Shown here: in pieces, positions 54,021 through 64,000 of the stretch
Layout: each line of letters begins with the position of its first letter
How positions within the stretch are numbered: position 1 is the stretch's first letter
NCBI RefSeq assembly: GCF_009914755.1
Contig: NC_060940.1
Source of the DNA: the human T2T-CHM13v2.0 reference genome, Homo sapiens
Length of the DNA: 64,000 bases
Strand: one strand, 5' to 3'
Translations under genes and position numbers: made by a program
Notes under the pieces: model-generated
Databases searched by the model: none
What the model was told of the DNA's origin: nothing
The model's input: only the letters and a program-made list of their open reading frames with translations

Positions 54021-55020
54021 TGCATTTATTTTATTTTACCTCGATTGCACTTTTGCAACAACTTCTGTAGACCCCATCCTGTTTTCTTTATTAAGCACAG
54101 GCTGTTTGAAATGCTAAAGCCAAAGCTAGTCTCCTTCCCCAGGAACAGGCATTTCTCTGAAGTGAGGATGCTTTGTCAAATGGGTCCTGCATTTCTGCTG
54201 CCCCTTATTGGATTGGAGGACCCCTGCCTGGATTCAGCACTGTATGTACTGAAAATAAACTGTTATTCATTGTTTTTGATGCCCTTTTATAGGCTATTGT
54301 GTTGAGAGATTTTTTTTCCACCTTTTTTCTTGCAACTCTCTCTTTGTAACTGTGGAGATTTGCATCTATAAAAATGGGAAGAGGAGACTTGGTAAGGTTT
54401 CCAAAATCTTAGGTCGGCACAAGGCAACCATACTTATAACAAAAATAAATCAACACAGAGTAAAGAGGTACCTTGCTTTACTAACAGAATGTACAATGAC
54501 TCAAGCTTTGCTCTGTAACTTGTGAGTGAGCTGGTTAGGCTTGTTCTGTGGGTTTCTTCTGGTTAGTTTCTGACACTGGCTAATATTGATACCAACTAAG
54601 CAATTTTGAAAATAAAAATCTATATGACTAGCAAAGGTGTACAGGGACAAACACGTTTTGATAATGTTCACAGCCAAGTAGTTGGCCATGATCAGATGCA
54701 CACCAGATGGAAATCCTACTATTTGTGCATAAGATTATTTTATCACTTTAAAGATTTTAAATACTACGGATAAAAGAGCAATATAAATGTGTTTTTTTCA
54801 GAGCAATGTATGAAGATTAAGTCAAATTTAGAAAAAGTTTTAGTCTAAGAGTTCAAAAAAGGTAGCATTTTCTAGGTGTAAAAATCCCCAAAGCAACCAA
54901 TTGCCTTCCATTTCATACGTATCGGTTGGATTGTACATCATATATAATCGGCAGGCCAAAGTCAAGATTGACCTGGCAATGTGGATCACTGATGCAAATT
55001 TCAAGAGTATGGAGCGTTAA

Positions 55021-55815
55021 CAATCCCTCTTCTGGGTTTATCAATCCCTCTCAAAGGAAATGAAATCACTACCTCATAAAAATATCTGCACTCCTATGTT
55101 TATTCAGAATAACCAAGATATGGAAACAACAAAAGTGCCCATTGATGGATAAATGGACTTAAAAACTGTGATACAGACACACAGTGAAATATTATTTAGC
55201 TTTAGAAAAGGATATCCTCTGTGATCACAGCACTTTGGGGGGCCAAGACAGGATTGCTTGAGCCCAGGAGTTCAAGGTCAAGCCTGGGCAACACGGTGAG
55301 ACCCTGTCTCTAAAAAAAAAAAAAAGAAAAAAAAAAGAAAAAAGGAGAAAGGATACCCTGCCATTTTCCATAATATGGATGAATCTGGTGACCATTAAGA
55401 TAAGTGAAATGATCCAGACACAGAAAGTAAAGTACTACATGATCTCACTTATGTGTGGAATCTAAAAAAAAAATGTCAAATACACAGAGAATTAAACAGT
55501 GGTTACCAGGGATGGGGGAAAGGGGACAGAAGGAAATGGGGAAATATAGGTCAAAGAATACAAAGTAACAGATAAGTAGGATGAAGAAGTCCAAAGATGT
55601 TATGTACGACATGAGCACTATACTTAATAATACTGTATTGTACTTGGGATTTTTGTGATAAGAATAGATTTTAGGTGCTCTTGCCACATTAAAAAAACAT
55701 GGGTATGTGAGATGATGGATACGTTCATTTGCTTTACGGCTGTAAACACTTCAGTATCTATTTGTATATCAAAACACATTGCACACCTTAAATATATACA
55801 ATAAAATTTTTAAAA
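55021..55815 (+). mobile_element. L1MA-type 3' end
   Basis: CAATCCCTCTTCTGGG, ATGATCTCACTTATGTGTGGAATCTAAAA, GGTCAAAGAATACAAAG, CACCTTAAATATATACAAT. Confidence 0.85.
55219..55345 (+). mobile_element. FLAM/Alu monomer inserted in L1MA
   Basis: Single left-type monomer plus A-tail; TSD AGAAA(A)GGATA(T/C)CCT. Confidence 0.85.
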
Positions 55816-57154
55816 ATAAAAAAGAATGTGGAGAGTTGATTAAATGGTATTTAGTTTCATCAGTACTTTGTGAATACCTATGATGTCCTAGATGAAAATA
55901 CAAAGAACAATAAGACAGTTTCCTTTCCCCAAGAAACTGCTATCTAATGGATTTGCTCAGTCTCAGATATGTTATGGTAGATTCTGGGAACTCACACCTA
56001 AGATTTCAAACTCGAATGGCAATGTTATGTGCAGGGAAGCACAGACTAAGAAAGAGAAATTTGTCACTAAGCAGCCATCATTGATCTCTTCAAAGCTAAT
56101 CCTTATATTATTGTTCCTCTTATGGTTTAGTGATTTTTTTTTGTGTGTATTGCTTATATGGCATTTTATTTGAGGGCCTTGGTCACAGAGCCTGGAATTA
56201 ATTAAGATTTGGTCCAAGAGCCGCTTAATTGCCTGTACTTAGAATATGGGGATTCAGGGGAGAGATGGAAATGACAAGGCAAGTCATGCATAATGCATCC
56301 CCCACACCCCTCGCTGAGTGACCATTACACTGATGGCTGTTATTCAGGGTTTTTTCTTTTTTTTAATCAGTACATGGTGCCAAGAACCTGGCATTTTCAA
56401 ATACTCATTAGTGCTATTCTCTGGGGGCTTAAGATAGCAGATATTAAAGAATGAAGTCTCAAGAGACAGAATGATACCACAGTGGCTAACAGTGACAGAA
56501 GTTCAGGTGTATCAACCCTCATCACTTGTGGATGCATCACATGGCTAAATTAGCTTTCAAAGTCTTAAACCGAACATGTAAGGCCCACAAATGTCATGTG
56601 GTATATTCTCTGGAGGTTAAATTTAGGTTTTCCCTGGCTCCCGCTGCCAATTTGAAAGAAAGGAAAATGTCAGCAAGCGTGGAGTTGAAGTTGAGGTTGG
56701 AGACTGCCAGTGTGGATCCTGCTGACGTTGAAATTAAACTGCCTCTGGAAATCTGAGCTGTGGAGCAGGATCCGCTGCCCCTAAACTTTTCCGGATCGCT
56801 AGTTAGGTCCTCGGTTTGCTCCGATGCAACAGCGATTTGCTCCAGTTGACTTGCCTGGTCAGGGGGTTCTAGCCAGACTTTTGCCTTCATGATAATTGAG
56901 TGTATTTAGATGCAGCCGATAATCTGCTGGGCTGGCGTTAGAAAGAGCAAGATAAGAAATGCTATTCCTCCAGGCAAGGGCGCCAACAGCGCAGAGAAAA
57001 TGTGCATAGTTATTCTATGGCCTGAGGATATTGCAAGGGAAGACCTTGGATTGAGGGGATTGAGAGATGTTTACCGTCCAACCCTTAGCACCCTGTGAAA
57101 CCATCTCTAGCAGCAAAATTGACTTCAAGTTGAGATCTGAATATAAGTGATTGG

Positions 57155-57467
57155 GGCCAGGCGCGTTTAATCCCAGCACTTTGGGAGGCTGAGGCGGACG
57201 GATCATTTCAGGTCAGGAGTTGGAGACCAGCCTGACCAACATGGTGAAACCCTGTCTCTCCTAAAAATAGAAAAAAAATTAGCCAGGCATGGTGGCACAT
57301 GCCTGTAGTCCCAGCTACTCAGGAGGCTGAGGCAAGAGAATCACTTGAACCCAGGAGGCAGAGGTTACAGTGAGCCAAGACGCCACTGCACTCCAGCCTG
57401 GGTGACAGAGTGAGACTTGCTCTCAAAAAAAAAAAAGAAAGAAAGAAAGAAAGAAAAATAAGAAAAA
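57155..57467 (+). mobile_element. AluS (small 5' internal deletion)
   Basis: TSD AATATAAG(TG/AT)ATTGG. Confidence 0.93.
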
Positions 57468-57677
57468 TAATATAAGATATTGGTGGAAAAGAATCTCTTC
57501 TCTCCTGTATCCAGAAGTTGGGTGTCTTGACTATAGACCCTGCATAAAGAGATGCTATGTGATACTCTTAGATCAATTATGATTGTGCTTGGCTGCATTT
57601 AACAGAAAAACGGAAAGGATGGGGGCTTAAATGAGGGAGAGCTTTGTTCCACCCTCACATTAAAAATAAAGTTTAGA

Positions 57678-57985
57678 GGCTAGGCGTGGTGGTTCATGCC
57701 TGTAATCTCAGCACTTTGGGAGGCCAAGGCAGGCGGATCACGAGGTCAGGAGATCGAGCCCATCCTGGCTAACATGGTGAAACCCCATCTCTACTAAAAA
57801 TACGAAAAAAATTAGCCGGGCATGGTGGCAGGTGCCTGTGGTCCCAGCTACTCGGGAGGCTGAGGCAGGAGAATGGCGTGAACCTGGAGGCGGAGCTTGC
57901 AGTAAGCAGAGATTGTGCTACTGGACTCCAGCCTGGGTGACAGAGCAACACTCCGTCTCAAAATAAATAAATAAATAAATAAATA
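57678..57985 (+). mobile_element. AluY
   Basis: GGATCACGAGGTCAGGAGATCGAG..CATCCTGGCTAAC, GAATGGCGTGAACC; TSD AAATAAAGTTTAGAG. Confidence 0.95.
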
Positions 57986-58259
57986 AATAAAGTTTAGAGA
58001 CAGGCAGCTCAGGGCTGACAGAATGGCTTAGGAACTCAGGCTTTCATCCTCAGGGTCAGTTCGTGGTCCCAAAACGGCTGCTGGAACTCCAGCCATCATG
58101 GCCCCATCCCAGGCAGCAGGAAATAGGAAGAGGGAAAAGGATCCACTTCCCAGCAAAGTGAGCTTCTTCTAAAACATTTTGTCATAAATCCCGTACATTT
58201 TCATTTACATATAATTGAAGAGAACTGAGTTGCATAGCCACTCCTTGCCACTAGGAAGG

Positions 58260-58346
58260 TTGTAGTGTTGTAGTGAATGTAGTAATATAGTATTGTAGCA
58301 ATGTGGTATTGTAGTAATGTGTTATTGTAGTAACACAGTACTGTAG
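58260..58346. repeat. Degenerate (TGTAG/TATTG)-type low-complexity repeat
   Basis: Directly visible. Confidence 0.7.
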
Positions 58347-58416
58347 CAGAGCACTTTGCCGCACCAAATATAATGAGAGCGTTTTTTCTAAGTAACAAGG
58401 AAAGAATAGATGTTAG

Positions 58417-58796
<380 letters not shown>

Positions 58797-58809
58797 CAAA
58801 TTACTTTTT

Positions 58810-59050
58810 AACAGATCATGTGGTATAGACGGAAGTGCTTGGATTAGGAGTGAGACCATCTCTGATGCTTACTAACTGGGTGACCTTAAGAGATCTATTT
58901 AACTTCTCTATATCTCTGTTTCCTCATCTGCAAAATGATTATCAGCCTATTCAGTACACAGGTAAGTATCTCCTCAGATAAGAAACGTGGAAGCAGTGTG
59001 CCAAACAATAAAGTGTCAAATAGACGCTGGAGATTAATTAACATTATTAT
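58810..59050 (+). mobile_element. MIR
   Basis: CTTACTAACTGGGTGACCTT...CTCTGTTTCCTCATCTGCAAAATG. Confidence 0.8.
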
Positions 59051-59419
59051 GACTTATCCAGGTCCTGTATTCTTTAAGAAAACTCATTCAAAAATGCTTC
59101 ATTATTCATACAACTATAATTTATATTATTTGTTATATTGATAGCACCTTTCGTGTATACCACACTTTTCAACCCATAAATCACTTTTATACACGGCTCT
59201 CACTTCATCCCCATGACTCTCCCTGTGAGCAGGATTGGGGAGGAATCGCCATTTACCCAAATTTACTGGTAATACAACTGAAGTTCTGAGAACTGAGTGT
59301 CTTGTACAAGCTCACACCAAGTTATCTGTGACTGATAATGACTTAAGTATTAGAACTCATGAGACTCTGTCTTCTTAGACAAAATGAATCCCTGAATTTA
59401 GAGATGGGGTGGTTGACCA

Positions 59420-60245
59420 TGGCTTTGCAGACTTGGCCCCAGCATCTGGAAGCCCACGGACCGCTGATTCTCATTCTACCCAAGCTGGAAACCATTTTCT
59501 TTCCTCCTCCTTGCCCGTTTCTCTTAGATCTTTATCTCAGAGGTGGCACCACCACCTGCTCTCAGCCAAGCCAGGGACCCAGAAGTCTCCTGGGTCAGCA
59601 CAATGCTTCACTTCCCACCTTCCTCCCCTGTTGTTGACTTCTTTCTGCTTGCTGGCTCTATATCTTCACAGCCTGTAAAAGCAGGTCAGCCTTTCAAGTG
59701 ATCTTTGTACATCTTTCTTTTTTTATTTTTCCATATCCCTAAAATATTTACCACCTCACGGGCACAGGGAACTTTATAAAGTGCAAGTCTGATTCTATCA
59801 TTTCTATTTAAAATTCCTGAGTGGCTCCCTGTGGTTCCCAAGATAAAGTCCAGTTCTTTAAAACAAAATTGTATAATGCTTTTGTGGTCTGACCCCTGCC
59901 TGGATGCCCCAGCTCCCAAATCTCACTTCTCTCCTGTCTCCCGTTGTATCTTCCAGGAAGGCAACATGCGCTTTCTCTCAAATTAGAGTGTTTGAATGTG
60001 CTGTTTCTTTTATATGAATTACTTGTATCTTCTTTGCCTGCTTGGTTCCTTCTTGTCCTTAAGCCCATCCAAGATATCACCTCCTTCAGGAAGGTTCCTC
60101 TGCTGCCCCAGGCTGGATCAAACAGCCCAACTGTTCCGGAAATATTTGGTGTGTCTCCCCAACACAGCACTTGATATGCTGTATTGTCATTTTCTGTTTG
60201 CGAGTCAAGCCTTTTTCTAGACTATAACTCTTACAGGCCAGGAAC
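59420..60245 (+). mobile_element. L2 remnant
   Basis: AAAATTCCTGAGTGGCTCCC...GATAAAGTCCA, ATCACCTCCTTCAGGAAGG, CTAGACTATAACTC. Confidence 0.7.
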
Positions 60246-60396
60246 AGCAATGTTTTGAGCTCTAATGCATATCAGGGACTGTTCTAGGCTGTACATATGC
60301 AGAAACTCATACAGTCCTTCCAGGAATCTGACAACATGTTGTTTTGTTATCTCTTACAGAGATTAGGGCACTGATGCATTTAAAAGATAGGTATAG

Positions 60397-60688
60397 GGCC
60401 GGGCATGGTAGCTCACCCCTGTAATCTAGCACTTTGGGAAGCCGAGGCGGGTGGATGACAAGGTCAAGAGGTCGAGACCATCCTGGCCAACATAGTGAAA
60501 CCCGTTTCTACTAAAAATACAAAAATTATCCTGGCGTGGTGGCGGGCGCCTGTAGTCCCAGCTACTCAGGAGGCTGAGGCAGGAGAATCACTTGAACCTG
60601 GAGGTGGAGTTTGCAGTGAGCCGAGATTGTGCCACTGCACTCTAGCCTGGCGGCAGAGCGAGCTTCCATCTCAAAAAAAAAAAAAAAA
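60397..60688 (+). mobile_element. AluSc-like
   Basis: GGTCAAGAGGTCGAGACCATCCTGGCCAAC; TSD AAAAGAT(A/G)GGTAT(A/G)GG. Confidence 0.93.
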
Positions 60689-60751
60689 GATGGGTATGGG
60701 GTACAAGATCTCATGGCCGATGTCAGAGCTGAGATCTAAACACAGAAGCAT

Positions 60752-61066
60752 GGCTGGAAGCAGTGGCTCACGCCTGTAATCCCTGTGTTTTGGGAGACCA
60801 TGGTTGGAGGATTGTTTGAGTCCAATAGGAGTTCAAGACCAGCCATGGCAACATGGTGAGACCCCACCCCCTGGGTCTCTACAAAAAAGAAATTCTTTTT
60901 TTAAAGCCAGGCACAATGATGTGCACCTGTGGTCCCAGCTACTCAAGAGGCTGAGGTGGAAGGATCACTTGAGCCCAGGAGTTCAAGCCTGCAGTGAACC
61001 GTGATGGTGCTACTGCACTCCAGCCTGGACAACAGAGCTAGACCCTAACTTAAATAAACAAACAAC
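60752..61066 (+). mobile_element. AluJ
   Basis: GGAGGATTG, GAGCCCAGGAGTTCAAG; TSD AAACACAGA(A/G)GCA. Confidence 0.92.
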
Positions 61067-61453
61067 AAACACAGAGGCAATCCACTTTAGACATTTTGGG
61101 TCATGACTAGCTATATAGTTTTTTAATTCACATATAATCCACATACCACAGAATTCAGTGGGGTTTTTTTAGCATAGTCAAAAAGTTATAAACAATAATC
61201 ACCACTATATAATGCCAGAATAGTTTCAGTACCCCCAAAAGAAACTCCCCATTTCTCACTGCTCACAGCCTCTAGCAGCCACTTATCTACTTATTGCCTC
61301 TATGAATTTGTCTGTTTCAGACATTTCATATGCGTGGAATCACATGACTTGTATACCTTTGTATCTGGCTTCTTTTACCTAGCACATTGTCTTTTTTTTC
61401 ATTCATTAATTCAATAAATATTTATTGAATGCTTAATATATGTCAAACATAGG

Positions 61454-61910
61454 TTTTTTTTTTCCAACTTTTATTTTAAGTTCAGGGGTACACGTGCAGG
61501 ATGTGCAGGTTTGTTGCAAAGGTAAACATGTGCCATGGTGGTTTACTGCACAGATCATCCCATCACCCAAGTATTAAGCCCAGCATCCATTAGTTATTCT
61601 TCCTGTTGCTCTCCCTCCTCCCACCCCCCAGCATCCAAAAGGCCCCAGTATGTGTCGTCTCCCTCCATGAGGCCACAGGTTCTCATCATTCAGCTCCCAC
61701 TTATAAGTGAGAATATGCAATATTTGGTTTTACGTTTCTGCATTAGTTTGCTGAGGATAATGGCTTCCAGCTCTATCTGTGTCCCTGCAAGGACATGAAC
61801 TCATTCCTTTTAATGGCTGCGTGGTATTCCATGGTGTACCACATTTTCTTTATCCAGTCTATCACTGATGGGCACTTAGGTTGATTCCATGTCTTTGCCA
61901 TTGTGAAGAG
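61454..61910 (-). mobile_element. L1PA (PA11-PA13-like) 3' end, 5'-truncated, nested in L1MB
   Basis: CAACTTTTATTTTAAGTTCAGGGGTACACGTGCAGGATGTGCAGG...GGTTGATTCCATGTCTTTGC. Confidence 0.9.
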
Positions 61911-62968
61911 CACCTACATGTTTTCAAGGGTCATCTCTGTTGTAGAAGTATCAGTGCTCCATTCCTTTTGGTGGCTGAATAATATTCCATCTCATGTATA
62001 TGCTCCAATTGCTTTATTTGCTCATCAGTTGATAGATATTTGGGCAGCTTCCATTTTGAAGCTACCCTGAGTATGCTTTTACAAACACTCCTACATACGT
62101 TTTTGTGTGGACCTGGGTTGTCAGTTCTCTTGGGTATAAATCCCTAAAATTGAAATTGCTGGGACATATGATAATTTCATGTCTAACATTTTGAGAAACT
62201 GCCACTCTGCTTTCCAAAGCAACTGCACTATTTTACTATTCCCACGAGGCAAGCAGTATACAAGGGTCCTAATTTCCCCACATCTCTGCCAAAATTTATT
62301 ATTATCATTATAAATATATTATTTTAATATTGTTTATATATTATATATTATTTACGTATAAATTATATATTATATAATAGCTATCCTTCTGAGTGTGAAG
62401 TAATAGCTCATTGTGGTTTTGAATTGCATTTCACGAATATTGAGCATTTTTTTCATGTCCTTATTGACTTTTTGTATATTTTCTTTGAAAAAAATGTCCA
62501 TTGAAAATTTCCCCACAAATTAAAATTAAAAATACACCATTTTTGGTGGTGTATTTGTCTTTTTATTGTTGAATTATAAGAATTATTTATATATTCTGGG
62601 TACTAGAATCTTATCAGATACATGCTTTGCAAATATTTTCTTCCATTCTGTGGGTCATTTTTTTCACTTTCTTGTGTCCTTTGTGAAGGACAGTTTTTAG
62701 TTCTGATGAGGTTATATTTATCTATTTTTTTCTTCTGTAGCTTGTGGTTTAAGTGTCTTAGCTCAGAAACCATTGCCTAATTCAAGGCCACAAATATTTA
62801 TAACAATGTTTCTTCTAAGAGTTTATAGTTTTAACTCTCAATTTAGGTCTTTGACCAATTTTGAGTTAATTTTTACATATGATGTGGAGTAAGGGTTTGA
62901 CTTCATTCTTTTGCATATGGATATTCAGTTGTTGAAAATACTATTTTTCCCCATTAAATGGTTTTGTC

Positions 62969-63262
62969 AGCCAGGTGCGGTGGCTCGCGCTTGTGATCTC
63001 AGCACTTTGGGAGGCCGAGGCGGGTGGATTATGTGAGCTGGGGACTTTGAGACCAGCCTGGGCAACATGGCGAAACCCTGTCTCTATTAAAAATGCAAAA
63101 GTTAGCAGGGTATGGTGACATGCACCCATAATTCCAGCTACTCAGGAAGCTGAAGCAGGAGGATCACTTGAACCTAGGAGATAGAAGTTGCAGTGAACCA
63201 GAATGGCAGCTCCAGTGCACTGCAGCCCGGACGACAGAACAAGACTCTGTCTCAGAAAAAAA
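62969..63262 (+). mobile_element. AluJ/S inserted in L1
   Basis: TSD AAA(T/A)GGTTTTGTCA. Confidence 0.93.
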
Positions 63263-64000
63263 AGGTTTTGTCATTGTCGTTGAAAATCAATTGGCCATAA
63301 ATGTGGGAGTTTACTTCTAGGTGCTCTGTTATATTCCATTGATCTATATGTCTATTCTTATGCTACTACCACCCAATCTTGATTACTATAGCATTGTAGT
63401 AAGTTTTGAAATGGGAAATGTGAGTCCACCAACTTTGTTCTTTTTCAAGATGGTTTTTACTGGCCCCAAGGTACTTACATTTCTGTATAAGTTTTAGAAT
63501 CAGCTGACCAATTTCTACTAAAAAAAAGTCCAGAATCTTAATAAGACTTGAATTGATGATATAAGTAACTTTAAGGATTACTATCATTCAAACATCACTA
63601 AGTCTTCCAGTCCATGAACACAGGACGTCTTTCCATTCAAGACATGTTTAATTTTCTTTAACCATCATTTATAGTTTCGGAGGGTAAGACTCTTATACTT
63701 TTTTTGTTCATATATTCCTAAGTATTATATTCTTTTTGATGCTATGGTCAATGAGATGTTTATCTTAAATTTCAGATTTTGCATTACTGGTGTATCAAAA
63801 TATAACTGATTATTCATATTGTATCCCACAAACTTGCTGAGCTTATTTATTAGCTCTAACAGGTTTTGGTATTTTTAGGTGTGGATTCCTTATTATTTTC
63901 TTTATAGAAAATCATGTCATCTGCATATAGGGATAGTTTTTCTTCTTTCTTTCCAATCTGGATACCTTTTAAAAATAATTAATTACCTACACCTTATTTT

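Larger units (their letters stand above)
61115..64000 (-). mobile_element. L1MB-type element (3' UTR plus ORF2 remnant), running off the window end
   Basis: Antisense L1M 3' end; ORF 63366-63587 (…QLILKLIQKCK…FKTYYNAIVIKIGW) is degenerate L1 ORF2. Confidence 0.88.

Noticed and set aside
56594-56890. 98-aa ATG ORF in unique DNA
   Set aside because: It has no recognisable domain or splice support, and its length is within chance expectation. I kept the region only as a non-coding candidate.

Overview
Non-coding, repeat-dense primate genomic DNA. A full-length SVA points to a hominoid, very probably human. I find no supportable protein-coding exon, RNA gene or CRISPR array. The supplied ORFs are almost all Alu, L1, LTR, SVA or microsatellite read-throughs, or short chance ORFs. 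The window holds about 41 Alu elements or fragments, one full-length SVA_D-like element, L1PA and L1M remnants, MIR/L2 relics, hAT-family DNA transposon fragments (MER3, MER5, MER20, MER30) and about 17 solo LTRs. The LTRs form two clusters: ~18.9-29.1 kb (MER51, LTR9, MER41, 2x LTR8, MLT1, MLT2A, with the SVA among them) and ~39.1-41.8 kb (MER4A with a nested LTR10, MER66, MSTA). The best second-look items are: (1) an unexplained ~130-bp-arm inverted repeat at 34958-35399, itself nested between inverted Alus; (2) an L1PA carrying an apparent 3' transduction of an L2 tail (61392-61910); (3) a 5'-inverted (twin-primed) Alu (14541-14767); (4) an 84-bp perfect AT-rich palindrome (21892-21975); (5) a triple-GAS cassette in a MER66-like LTR; (6) a perfect DUX4 motif in an MLT2A. 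Repeat subfamily names come from recalled consensus sequences and need RepeatMasker/Dfam confirmation. Boundaries of old repeats are approximate. I could not identify the locus, and I see no evidence for a novel gene system.
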